Part shown: positions 28,146-43,500 of the stretch, one piece after another
Layout: every line of letters starts with the position of its first letter
How positions within the stretch are numbered: position 1 is the stretch's first letter
Origin: the human T2T-CHM13v2.0 reference genome, Homo sapiens
Length of the DNA stretch: 64,000 bases
Assembly: GCF_009914755.1 (NCBI RefSeq)
Contig: NC_060933.1
Direction: 5' to 3' (one strand)
Translations under genes and position numbers: made by a program
Notes under the pieces: generated by a model
Seen by the model: the letters and a program-made list of their open reading frames with translations, nothing else
What the model was told of the DNA's origin: nothing
Database searches by the model: none

Positions 28146-29605
28146 TTTTATTTATTTATCAACTTTTAAGTCCAGGGGTACATCTGCAGGATGTGCAGGT
28201 TGGCTACATAGGTAAACATGTGCCAAGGTGGTTTACTGCACAGATCATCCGATCACCCATGTATTAAGCCCAGCATCCATTAGCTGTTCTTCCTGATGCT
28301 CCCCAGCATCCCATCCCCCAACAGGTGTCCAGTGTGTGTTGTTTCCTGTCCCCCATGTGACCATGTGTTCTCATCAGCCAGCTCCCACTATAAGTGATGA
28401 CACGCTGTGTTTGGTTTTCTGTTCCTGCATTAGTTTGCTGACTATAATGGCTTCCGCCTCCATCCATGTCACTGCAACGGACATGCTCTCATTCTTTTTT
28501 ATGGCTTCATTGTATTCCACAGTGTATTGTACCACTTTTTCTTTATCCAGTCTATCATTGATGGGGCATTTAGGTTGATGCAATGACTTTGCATTGTAAA
28601 TAGTGCTGCAGTAAACATATGTGTGCATGTATCTTAATAGAATGATTTATATTCCTTTGGGTGTGTACTCAGTAATGGGATTGCTCGGTCAAATTATATT
28701 TCTGCTTCCAGGTCTTTGAGAAATGGCTACACTGTGTTCTCCAATGGATGAACTAATTTACACTCCCACCAACAGTGTAAAAGTGTTCCGTTTTCTCCAC
28801 AACCTTGCCCGCATTTGTTGTTTTTGACTTTTTAATAATAGCCATTCTGATTGGCATGAGATGTTATCTCATTGTGGTTTTGATTTACATTTCTCTAATG
28901 ATTAGTGATGTTGAGCTTTTTATCATATGATTGTTGGTCACATGTATGTCTTCTTTTGAGAAGTGTCTGTTCATGTCCTTCGCTGACTTTTTAATGGGGT
29001 TCTTTGCTTTTTTTATATATATAAACTTGTTTAAGTTCCTTGTAGATTTTGGATATTAGACCTTTGTCAGATGGATAGACTACATTCTATAGGTTGTCTG
29101 TTCACTCTGATGATGTTTCTTCTGCTGTGCAGAAGCTCTTTAGTTTAATTAAATCTCATTTGTCAATTTTTGCTTTTGTTGCAATTGCTTTTGGCATTTT
29201 TGTCATGATATCTTTGCCTATACCTATATCCTAAAGGTATTGCCTACATTTTCTTCAAAGATTTTTATAGTTTTGGGTTTTATATTTAACTCTTTAATCC
29301 ATCTTGAGTTAAATTTTGTGTATGGTTTAAGGAAGGGGTCCAGTTTCCATTTTCTGCATATGGCTAGCCAGTTCTCCCAGCACCATTTACTAAATAGGGA
29401 ATCCTTTCCCCATTGTTTGTTTTTGTCCGGTTTGTCAAAGATCAGATGGCTATAGGTGTGCGGTCTTATTTCAGAGTTCTCTATTCTGTTCCATTGGTCT
29501 GTGTGTCTGTTTCTGTACTAGTACCATGCTGTGTTGGTTACTATAGCCTTGTAGTATAGTTTGAAATTGGATAGCGTGATGCCTCCAGCTTTGTTCCTTT
29601 TGCTT
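28146..29605 (-). mobile_element. 5'-truncated L1PA (older, roughly PA11-13-like)
   Basis: ggggtacatctgcaggatgtgcagg..cccagcatccattagct 3'UTR plus antisense ORF2. Confidence 0.93.
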
Positions 29606-29609
29606 TTAC

Positions 29610-30005
29610 AAAACATTTTAGCTTGAGATAATAGAAGAACACATGCAGTTATGATAAATAATGCAGAGACAGTTTGTCTACTCTTTTTCTAGCTTCCTTC
29701 AATAATAATATCTTGGAAAACTGTAGGATAATATCACCACGAGGATACTGACTTTGATACAATCCACTTATCTTGTTCAGATTTCTTCAGTTTTACTTGT
29801 ACTGATTTGTATTCATGTGTATGCTTTTTCAGTTCTATGCAATTTTATCACATACATAGGTTAGTATATTCACCACTTAGTTAAGATAACAGTACTTTCA
29901 ACATCAGGAGAATTCTTCCTGTTGCACTCTTATGACCACACCCATTTTCTTCTCACCTTATCCCATTCTTAACTCTACAAACCATTCATTGGTCTCCATT
30001 TCTAT
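29610..30005 (-). mobile_element. L1MC-type 3'UTR fragment
   Basis: acatgcagtt..aaataatgcagaga..gatacaatccac..cagatttc..agttttacttgtact. Confidence 0.7.
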
Positions 30006-30131
30006 ATGTACTACCTTTTTTTGATGCATTGAATTTGTAATATGTACCCAAGCCAAACAATATTAGAATATTGGGAAGCAAATTCTCCTTCTATATCGTG
30101 ATTTTATAAACAGCAAAATTAAATTTCATTT

Positions 30132-30157
30132 TATATATGTATATATATATATATATA

Positions 30158-30190
<33 letters not shown>
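30132..30190. repeat. (TA)n(TG)n microsatellite
   Basis: Directly visible. Confidence 0.95.
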
Positions 30191-30289
30191 TCTGTGTATT
30201 ATGTAAAAAGAAGGGACACCTACTTCAAATTGGATGCTAGTCTAACTACTCAAATATCATGAGTTAATTCTGAGATGAAAGTCAGCCAT

Positions 30290-30566
<277 letters not shown>

Positions 30567-31066
30567 ATCAGCTGGTGACATTTATTGTCATGAAATTCCT
30601 TCTCTTGTCACTGAATATAGAATTCTTATGGTAAGAGAAGATAAAAGCGAATGTCAAAATGGCCTCTCCCCATGTGTTAACAACCGAATGCCCCTCTCAT
30701 ATGTCTGCCAAACACAGGCGGCCACTTTCTTTAAATATGTACCAAGATGAGAGTATTTTTGAATGAGTGGCTCTAAAGCTAAAGGATTCAGAGGATACCA
30801 GTTTAGAAACGGACTATGGTGGAGGCTACAAGACACTGGTATTTTCTTTACTGCAATTTCTATTTCTTTGAGTCCATAAAATGTAATATTACTATGTGAA
30901 ATTGTTACTTTTTTCATTCGTTTATGTTAATTTTTAAATTCAGGAGTGAAAACAATAAAATGGTTGGTTTTTAATTTCAAATGAGACTCTGTTTGTTCCT
31001 CCCCTGATTTTCTTCATATATTGTAAATTTATATTTTCTTATATATCATTGAAAGGTGTTTTAGAG

Positions 31067-31810
<744 letters not shown>

Positions 31811-33560
31811 TTATGCAAAACTCCAATTAAAATATAAAAACAAAAATGTGAAAGCAGGGAAGGATTAGGTCTTTGAAAAATGCAGATCAGATAAATACAC
31901 TTAATTTGGGACATTCTTTCCTTCTTTTTGCATCCGTATTTTGAACATATCTGGTTATATTCCAAGAATAGACATAGATATTACAGGGAAAATCTGCTGT
32001 TAAAACATACTCAGTAACTATTCACTAATCCTTTCCTCTGAGAGCTTAGTCGGCTAAATATGATACAATGGATTCTCTTGCATGCAGTGACTGAATGCCA
32101 GAACAAGACTCTAAAGACATCGTAATTTAAATACCCAACGGTCCTGGGAGAGGAGATGATTTAATCGATATCTGTAACACAAAAGGTTTAGCAAAAAGAA
32201 AGACATTTGAACATTGTAAAATCAGTGAGGAGGATTTAAGTTTGTACAATTTTATCAATTCCAAAAATACTATATCTATATCAATTTATTTATTTACCTA
32301 TCTTACTATAATGTATATATTAGAGAGAGAGAGAGATAATTCACACACACACACCTAACACAAGCATCCTAAAATCAGATGAAATTTCACGATAAGCAGT
32401 ATCATTAGTAGCTTCTTGTTCATAGGACATTTTATCCTGAGAAAGCTGCCACATTTAAAACATAAGAATATGGAAAACCATTATTGCATGAATATAACTG
32501 TCCTTTAACCTCATTCACTTAGAAAAAAATGCCAGTATCAGTGGTTTATGTGTATATTTGCTTTGGAAAAAAAGATTGAGTAGCTGGCGAGAGTATTTTC
32601 CTTGTCTGATACTTCTCATCCCAATTTCAATTTTTTGAAATTTCTCTTTTATGGACTTGGGTGAGTCCACATTGGACAACCTATACATGCATTTAAAATG
32701 AAAAAAGGAAGTTCATGTAAAAAGTAAGCATGTGATGAATCTTATATCCTCTTCCCTTATTCGGATGATAGAAATAATTACTTCTAGATATATCATTGCA
32801 CTGGGCACAGTTGGCACCCAGGAGTTGGCCAGGTGTTAGATGTGATAGGAAATGCACTGCCTGATTAGACAGACTAGAGTCCAAGTGCAAAAACATTCTG
32901 TCTTAAATGAGATGAGAGACAGAAATTTAAAGATGTCATTTAATTTTTCATCTGTGGCCAACACATGCCAGTGTTTCAAGATGATTTTGTTAATCACATG
33001 GGACTATTCAATGCATGTGGTAATGAAAAGATAGAAACATGTTTTTTTCAAACAAGGCAAACACTGTTCAACTCAGTTTCACTGCAATCATTTCAGTTGA
33101 GGTTTTTTTTTTTTTTTTAATCTTAGTTGATTTCTTTTTATGACTGCGTAAAGGTATTTTGCTTTGTTTGCTTTTACTCAGGTTTTTATCCCACTGTGTC
33201 TTTTTTATTGTTATAATTCAATCATACTCTGGACTCTAAGGATGCTATGGGCACAATAATACCGAGAAAGGTGCCCTGAAGCTCAGTGTTCTTAGCAAAG
33301 AAGTTGAAGATCTTTTCTAAAAATATATGTTATATACATAAGATTATCTAATTTGCATTCTTAATTTTCAACTATTTACTGATTCAATTATTTACTGATT
33401 GTTAATACATGTTAACAATCCATTGATAGCAGTAATTGCCAGCATTTACTGACAGTTTATAATAGTCAGGCACTTTGCCAAGCATTTTATATGCATCATC
33501 ATAATAAATTTTTGAAATTGATACTATTGAATGTGTCAGTTTATTTCTTATATTCTACAT

Positions 33561-34506
<946 letters not shown>

Positions 34507-34532
34507 TTTCTAACACATTTTCCAAAAGAATG

Positions 34533-34850
34533 TTTTTTTTTTTTTTTTTTTTTTTTTGAGATGGAGTCTTGTTGTGTCTCCCAGGCTGGAGTGCAGTGGC
34601 GCTATCTCGGCTCACTGCAAGCTCCGCCCCTGGTTCATGCCATTCTCCTGCCTCAGCCTCCCAAGTAGCTGGGACTACAGACGTCGGTCACCACGCCCGG
34701 ATAATTTTTTGTTTGTTTGTTTGTTTGTTTTTAGTAAAGATGGAGTTTCACCGTGTTAGCTAGGATGGTCTCGATCTCCTGACCTCACGATCCGCCTGCC
34801 TCGGCCTCCCAAAGTGCTGGGATTACAGGCGTGAGCCACCGCGCCTGGCC
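34533..34850 (-). mobile_element. AluY with (TTTG)n-expanded linker
   Basis: ctgcaagctccgcc, gccattctcc, accgtgttagc.aggatggtctcgatctcc; many CpGs retained. Confidence 0.95.
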
Positions 34851-35189
34851 AGAAATTTTCTTTTACATCATGTGAAGTACATATGATTTCTACGAATGAT
34901 TCAGTAGGTAAATATGTAATTTTGTTACTTTATTCATATAGCCAAACTCTATTCTTTCAACAGACAATGTGATAATGGTAATAGCCCAGTGACTTCCAAG
35001 TAAGGTGAATTTTCTTCACCAACTTAAGAATTTTAAATTATGTCTTGAAAAAAATTTTTAAAAACGTAATGCTTCCTAGGTTAGGGAACAAAATAATTAT
35101 GTTTAAGAATTACAGATGTTAAAATAATTAGGTTTAAGCATTACAGATGTTGTTCAAGTTGTGTTTATGAGCAAGTTAGTGTGATAGCA

Positions 35190-38100
35190 TAGACAGGGAA
35201 GCAAAACACCTAAATAAGATCTGCCTGGAGCCAAGAGGGACTCCCCATTAGAAAGAAAAGGTAAGCTAGAGATTTCTAGCAGTTGCCATTAGCACTGGAG
35301 ATACCTGTAATCCTAGTTACAGACAAGTCCCACAATTCTCACAATGGATTCAGGGACCTGCCTGAAGTCCATGCAGTTTCGTTGATCCAGAGAAGGAACA
35401 CACACCGAGTCCTCCCACCACTACCACCCAACTCCCTGGGACCAAAACTGCTATGAGACAAAACCATGTTGGGAATGGAGCTACTTCTGGAGTACATGAG
35501 TACATCATAGCCTGGGGTTTAATAGCCCCTACACCTCCACAACATTTGGTCCCTGCCATCATTCCACTACATACACACAGAAGACTACATACAGCCATGA
35601 CCCCAGCATCTGAGCCCACACAGTGTCTTATATTCTAGGAAACAAGAGGTCCAACATAGCAGAAGGCCTTCCCATGACCAAGGGAGCAAGTACATGTGCT
35701 CCCCACGGCCCTAGAACTGACTACCTGTGACTCTCCATCATCCCAGCTGCCACACAATGCATGTGCCTCTTCAGAAACCAAAAACCCATTATTTTGGTGT
35801 CCACCATAGTTGGCATTGCTACCACCAAACCTGGCTAAACCACTGTGCCAGGCATGTACCTCCCCAAATCCCAAAAGCCAATCCACCCAGTAGATCCCAC
35901 CCTCAACAAAGCTGTGGCACTGCTTCCGTAAGCACCAACAGTACAGGCCACTAAGGCACTCAAGACACCTCTGATATTGATCAAAACTGAAGAAATCACA
36001 TGGAGAACTTACTAGTGCACCCACCCAGAATGAAAACCAAAGCACACTACCCAACTGATACTATAGGACATAGCTACAATAAAAAGTATTTTTCTATGAA
36101 AGCTACTCCATACAATTGGAAGGGATAACTGTTTCACCAGATGTGAAGGTATAAGTGTAGGTACACACACACAAGAAAAAAAATTTAAAGGAAATATGAT
36201 ACTTCCAAAAGAATACAATATATTTTTTTCAGTACCACATTCCAAAGGAAAGGAAAACAATAAAAGCCTGAAAATTAACTTAATTTAATGATCTTGAGGA
36301 AATTCAGCAAGATACAAGGGAATACAGATAGAGAATTTAACAAAATCAAGAAAACAATTCATGATCAGAATGAGAAATTCAACAAAGAGATAGATGTCAT
36401 AAAAAATTCGTGAACAATCTCGGAGCTCAAGACATCAATCAATAAAATAAAAAATGTGATTGAAAGTTTCAACAACAAACAAACTCAAGCAGAAGAAAGA
36501 ATTTCTGAACTTAAAGTGAGACTTTTTAAAATAATTCAGTAAAACACTGAAATTTAAAAAATAATAAAGAAGCCTATGGGACTTATGGATCACCATTAAG
36601 AACACAGACACTTGCATTATGGGATTTTCAGATGAAGAAGAGACAAGAAAAGACATAGGAAAGCTACTTGATCAAAAATAGCTGAAAACATCTTAAGTTT
36701 TGGAGGATACATGGACATCTAGATCCAGGAAGTTCAAAAGTTACCAAATAGATTCCATTCTGAGGTTCATTATAGTAAAACCATCAAAAGTCAAAGACAA
36801 AGTGAGAATATTAAAAACACCAGTAAGAAGGAATCCAATCACATATAAGAGAGTCTCTATTAGATTAACAGCAGATTTCTTAGCAGAACTTTTACAGGCC
36901 AGGAGAAAAAGGAATCATATATTCAAAGTGCTGCAAGAAGAAAAAAAGATAACTATCAGCCAAGAATACTACTGCCAGCAAAGCTACTCTTTAGAAGAAT
37001 AGCTTATACAAGCTATCCTTGTAAAAAATCAGTAGCATTTATATATACCAATAATAAACTACTTGAAAAAATGTCAAGAAGCAATTCACTTACAATAGCC
37101 ACAAAATATAAAACCTAGAAAGAAACTTCAAGATGAAACTATCTCTACAATAAAAATTATAAATCTATGATGAAAAAAATTGAATAGGACACCAACACAA
37201 AAAATGAAAAGGCATTCCATGTTCATGAATTGGAAGACTTGTTATTGTTAAAATGACCATACTACCCAAAGTAATGCACAGTCAAGGTGATCTGTATCAA
37301 AAAAAAAAAAATAAAATTCTTCACAGAAATAGAAAAAAATCATAAAATTTTTATGGAACCACAAAAGACCCCCAATAGTCAAAGCAATTCTAAGAGAGAA
37401 GAATAAAGCTGAAAGTATCATACTTCCTGACCTAAAAATATACTACAAAACTATAATAACCAAAAAAGCATGAGATTGGCATTAAAGCAGACATACAGAC
37501 CACTGGACTGAAGACAGAACCCAGAAAAAATCCACATATTTACAGCAAATATATTTTGAATAAAGGTGTGAAGAACGTTGGGCAAAGGACAATCTCTAAT
37601 AAACTGTGCTGAGAAAACTGGAAATCCACATGCGGAATAATGAATCCAGACCCCTATATCTCAGCATATAACAAAAACAACTCAAAATGGATTAAAGACT
37701 TAAACATAAGACCTGAAACTATGAAAATACTAGAAGACAACATTTGGGAAACACTCCAGAACACTGGTATTAGCAAAGATTTTTATCTATAAAACCTCAA
37801 AAGGACAGGCAGCAAAAGCAAAAATAGACAAGTGAGATTATATCAAACGAAAAAGTTTCTGCACAGCAAAACAAATAATCAACAAAGAGAAGTGATAATC
37901 TTCAGAATAGTAGAAAATATTTGTAAATTATGTATCTGATAAGATATCAATATCCAGAATATGGAAGGAACTCAAACAACTCAGCAGCAAAGAACCAAAA
38001 ATATTACTTAAAATTGGTAAATGATCTGAATATACATTTCTTAAAAGAAGACATACAAATGGCCAACAAGTATATTAAAAAAGTATCCTTAATAGGGATA

Positions 38101-38985
38101 TGTAAATCAAAACCACAATGAAATATCATCTCACTCTAGTTAGAAGGGCTATTATCAGAAAGACAAAACATAACAGATGCTAGTGAACATGTGGACAAAA
38201 GGGAACTCATAAACTGGTGGTGAGAGTGTAAATTAGTAGTTATTATAAAATGCAGTATGTAGCTTTCTCCGAAAACTAAAATGGCACTACCATATGATCC
38301 AGCAATGCCATTATGAGATATATATTCAAACAGAAAAAAGCAATATGTCAAGAGATATCTGCACTACCTCGTGTATTGTAGCACTATTAATAATAACCAA
38401 GATATGCAATCAACTTAAGTTTCCATCAACAAATGAATAAATAAAGAAAACGTTGTATATAAACATAATGAAATATTATTTAGCCATAAAGAAGAATAAA
38501 ATCCTGGCATTTGTGGCAACATGAATTAACCTGGAAGACATTATGTTAAGTGAAATAATCTAGCCACAGAAAGATAAATACTACATGTTCTCACTAATAC
38601 ATGGAAACTAATTCAGTAGAACTCACGGAAGCAAAGAGTAGAATACTGATAACTAGAGGCTGGAAAGGATGAGGAAAATAGGGGACAGGGAGAACTTGGT
38701 TAACAGATACAAATTACAGCTGGGCAGAAGGAGAAGTTTCTGTGTTTTATAGCACTGTAGGGTGACTGTAGATAACAATGATTTATTCTATATTTTCAAA
38801 GAGTAGAATAGATGAGTTTGAATGTTCCCAACACAAAGAAATGATGAATATTATAGTGATTGATAAGTACCCCAATTTGATTCATTACACATTGTATATA
38901 GATATCAAAATATCAGACTCTTGTCATATATGACCCATCATTATGTGTCAATTAACACTAACAAAATAGATAAATAAATAAATCC
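35190..38985 (+). mobile_element. L1MA-type element with 5'UTR, decayed ORF1, large ORF1-ORF2 deletion and 3'UTR
   Basis: ORF1 remnant (ORF 36700-37002, IRLTADF..LQARR), jump at ~37020 to mid-ORF2 (aaaaatcagtagcattt), and L1MA 3' end cattatgtgtcaatt. Confidence 0.88.
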
Positions 38986-38999
38986 TAAGCAATCTAAAA

Positions 39000-40230
39000 A
39001 AAAAACCTACTAAATAAACAGTATGAATGGGTAAGCCAGACTGGGACACAATACTGGCAAAGCAAACAAACTTCTTCAGAGCATAGGAAACTAATAAAAA
39101 GATACAAAATATAATACAAAAAGGGGAAGGATATGAAGGCCTTTCTCAAAGCAAGGTATGTTAATGGAAAATAAGCACATAAAATCATGCTCACATGAAC
39201 ATTATTGTTCATGAGGGAAAAGTGAATAAAAACAACAATAACAAACATACCCACTAGAAAGTCTAAAATTATAAAGACTGACAACAATAAATGTAGCTGA
39301 GTACCTGGAGTATCTGTAACTCTAATACTTTGTCACTGGGAATGTAAAATAGTACTTTTGCTTTGGAGAAAGTTCAGGAAATTTATTTTGAATCTAAACA
39401 CACACATATTTCATGACCCACAAATTTCACTTTCTAGGATTGACCTTAGAAAAATAAAATCATATGTCCATAAAAAGACTTGTCAAAAAAATGACCATAG
39501 GAGGCTTATTTGTAATAACCTAATACTGTAAATATTCCAGGTGTACATCAAGAGTAGGATAGATAAACCCACCGTGTTAATCTATAGAATGGGATATGAT
39601 CCAACAATAAAAAGATTTAAAATATTGATACACAGAAGCAGATGGAAAAATTTCAAAAGCATTATGTTCAGTGAAAGATAGCTTATACAAAAGTTTATAT
39701 CTTATTATTTCATTTCTATGAAATACTAGAACAGGAAAAACTAATCTATGGTTGAAAAATTAGAATAGCATTTGCTTCAGGTGTTAGATTAGAGGCAAAG
39801 ATTGGGAAAGGGCATGAGGGGGTGGTAGGAATGTTATATTTCTTGCTGGTGGCTTGGCTTACACAGGCATATACATATGCCAAAGTTCATTAAATAGTAA
39901 ACTTTAAATTTGTTTCCTTGTTTGAAAATTTTACCTCAAATAAAAAAAAAAAAGAACTGTAAACAAATATTGAACCCTAGTTGATACTTTGAATGCTGAA
40001 GTGTTTAAGGAGAAAGTATATTGATGTCTGCACCTTAGTTTAACATATTCATAAAAACTATAAGACAGATTGACAAAGAGATATATAGAAGGATGAATGA
40101 GTGGAGCGCTATCTAACAAAATAAATATTGTAAAAATAATATAATTTAGGTAGTGGGTATGTGAATATTTATTATTACATTCTTTTACTTCATGAATGTT
40201 TGAAATTTTTAATAGTGTACTTTGGGGACA
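39000..40230 (+). mobile_element. Old L1ME-type 3' fragment
   Basis: Decayed ORF2 end and 3'UTR (aggaaaaactaatctatggt, tgatgtctgcac). Confidence 0.75.
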
Positions 40231-42559
40231 ATGCTACCAAAAAACAATGAAGGCACCTCTGTACTGTGTAACAATAAATGTCAAACATCATAAGCTATAC
40301 CAAACATAGCAAGAAAACTTTTACTTTATTTTTTTAATTTAAGACATTAGTCAAATCTGTAAACATGTGACATTTAAGAAGAACTATACAAAGTGCTTTT
40401 AAAAGTTTAGGTGAATAATCTTAATGGGATATGATATTTGTAATTAGTTTTCTTGCACATTTAATGTACGTATCTTTGTTGTTACGCAATGTGCATTTCC
40501 TCGCTAAGTAAAAAAGTTACCTGGCCTCTCACAGTCGGAAAGCAGAGTTAGAATGAGAGAATCTTCAGTTTTAAACTGATTTTAGCCCTAGAAGTTATAA
40601 TTAAAAGTTTCTTAATTTAACACTAGAATACAAAGTGACTTGCCTCAGGCCTTTTGCTTGGGTGATAGAGTGAGACAAGGACTCATGTTGTCTGACTCCT
40701 AGCAAACTGCTCTTCCTAATACACTATACTATCTTTTATTGAGCAGCCAAGTTTAAATTTGTATTAAAAAATCATATAAGACTCTATGTAAATGTTTTAA
40801 TCATTTCCAAACTGCTCATATTTTTGTTCTTTAATTGAAACATAAATTCAGAAACAGGATATTAATTTTGTTTTCATTTTTCTACACGATGTTCTATAAA
40901 CATTATAAATTATTCTCTAATAATATTACATTATATATGTGTGTATACACACACATATGTATATTTCCTAGAATTAGGAGTGTTGAAACAAGTCCCTTAA
41001 TTTCCAGTGAGATTATTAGTTAACACAATAGCTAAAAAAATACATACATACCTTTCAAATTGTGGAAATCATTCTATAATAGAGTTTTATATTCAAATTA
41101 CTTATTCAAGAAAGATACTTTTAAAAAATGTTATCAGACGCAATATAATTACATTTCCAAATAAAAGGACACCTTCTTGAAGATGCTCTTAAGATTCCGA
41201 TAGGTCATTTTTTTTAAACTTCTGAAGATCTTAATTGCTTTCTATTGTTTGGATGATAAATGAATATGGCAAAAAGTTTAACAACTCTTTTAGCTCTCCA
41301 TTTTCTCTTGTCAACTTGGCTTACTAAAGGAAACACTGAGAGAAGCAAATTCCTGTGAGTGAGATCAGAGAGTTCAGTTTATTCCTACAAAGGATTATTA
41401 CTGGCACATGATAAGATCCCCCATTAGGTATTGAACATTATGTTCTTAAATTTCACAACATTTTACTATAAAATCTTTTTGTTGAGATTTCTTGGAATAT
41501 AGAAAGAGTAGAATTTCTGTTTTTTTGTCAACTTGGTAAACCTTTGAATGAATTATATCCCCAGAGAAAAAATCATTTAGTATATTCCATGTTCTTAAAG
41601 AAGAGATTTTTTTTCTCAGATTCCACTGTGCAGTAGAGTTACTGGGGGCAAGTTCAGAAGGTTTTTTTAGCTTGAGCTTAAGAAATTTTGATTTGTAGAA
41701 GCACCCCTTAGATGATTTTGAGATCAGTGTTCCCAGGTCTAAATTGCTTTAACAATCCCTACAATTTTTAGAATTGATCATATAGGATCAATCAAGTATT
41801 ATCTGCATAGTCTGTATGGCCACAACCCTAGTGATTCTAGAAGAACATTTTGGTCTAATCTCAAATCTTAGGAGAAGAATTTGTTGAAAATCAAATCTGT
41901 GAAAATCCAAGGAACTAAATGCCCTGGATCCCCTCATAGTCCTTAACACCGAATCCAGGCCAAATGCTATTGATGATCATTGCCTAGCTGACTGGATTTG
42001 AGCTTTTGTCATTAGTTGGAGGCTGGATCACTGTGACTCTGCTCCTACCTTGAACCTTCCTCACTAATTACAGAATCAGCCTGAACTTGTACTTCTAAAA
42101 ATATGTCAAGTGGGTTTAGTCTTTTCACCCAGAATTAGCACTGAGGGCTCTTGCTGTCATGGAGTATCACCAAAGACCGAATTATAGAACTATGTTGCAG
42201 AGAGCCTATTTTCAAGGAAGCTTGAGAGAGCAGGAGAAACAAAATTTAGCATTACTGATGAACATATTCAGCAATATAAAAACTCAAAGACAGGGGAAAA
42301 ATTAATGACATCTTTTTGGTAACAGTGGTGAAAAGCAAGATTTTAGAAAATAGCTACCATTCATTCTCTGGAAAGAACAAACGACAACATTGTTTCCATG
42401 GCACAAAAACAGATAGAGACTTTTTTATTTATGGAACAAAAATGATATGATCATCAGTAAAATGCTGTGTAGTGAAGCCAACCCTGAAGAAATCTAGGTC
42501 AGTGAAACAGAAAATAAACTCAAGGTGTATATTCTTGAGTCTAATGTGTGTATGTGCAT

Positions 42560-42716
42560 AAATTTTGAAGCTTGGAGACATCAAATAACTTGCCTGTGGT
42601 CAAATGGTTAGTAAGGGGCAGGCAGAGTTACAATTCAAATTAAGGTACTGCTGACCTCATAGGCTGGGTTCTAGATTCTAAGTTTGTGTTTTTCCATCGT
42701 GCTATTCTTCTGTAGT
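42560..42716 (-). repeat. Inverted local duplicate of the adjacent MIR (left palindrome arm)
   Basis: Reverse complement of 43007-43159 with 12 substitutions and one 4-bp indel by manual count. Confidence 0.97.
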
Positions 42717-43006
42717 CAATATATATACATACTTACATATATATACACACAATACATATATATGTACATACAAGGTAGATATATATGTATGTTTATATAC
42801 ATATATGTACATATATGTATGTGTATGCGTATATGCACAATATTTTTACCTTGTATGTTTGTGTATGTATATATATGTATGTATATAGGTAAATATATAT
42901 ATGTATGTCTTTAGCTATTGTGTTAACATGTATATACATATATGTCTGCCCTGTATGTATATATATATGTGTGTGTATATATATATGCATGTATATATAT
43001 ATATTT
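42717..43006. repeat. Complex TA/TG/CA microsatellite spacer
   Basis: Directly visible; contains short internal inverted and direct motif pairs. Confidence 0.95.
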
Positions 43007-43272
43007 ACTACAGAAGAATAGCATGATGGTAAAATATAAATTTAGAATCTAGAACCCAGCCTATGAGGTCAGCTGTACCCTAATTTGAGTTCTAACTCTG
43101 CCCCTTACTAACCATTTGACCACAGGCAAGTTATCTGATGTCTCCAAGTCTCAAAATTTCCTTTCTCAGTAAAATTAAAATTAAAACCTACTTGACATGG
43201 TCATAGGGAAAATGCAACTAAAAATTTATGCAAAATGCCTAGTATCTGGCTCATGGAAATCCAATAAATGAC
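43007..43272 (+). mobile_element. MIR SINE (source of the palindrome arm)
   Basis: ctctgccccttactaacc.tttgaccacaggcaagtta..tctc..tttcct..gtaaaat..ctggctcatgg..caataaatg. Confidence 0.85.
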
Positions 43273-43394
43273 AAAAGATTACAAACACATAGGAGAGAAC
43301 ATTAAAATTCATCATGCATTTATAGTAAATTGCTAAAGAGAAGTGGCAAGAAACAGAAAAAACTATAATAACAAAAAGTAATAAACAGTTAAAT

Positions 43395-43500
43395 TACTTA
43401 CCATCCTAAGTGTCTTACATATATTAGCTCATTTAATTCTAACAAACCTGTAAAGTAAGTGCAACATCATCATTTTACAGATAAGGGTATTGAGTAATAA
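43395..43500 (-). mobile_element. MIR fragment
   Basis: ctcatttaattct..cattttacagataagg..tgag. Confidence 0.7.

Noticed and set aside
42684-42990. Y/I/C/M/H-rich ORFs
   Set aside because: Translations of a microsatellite.
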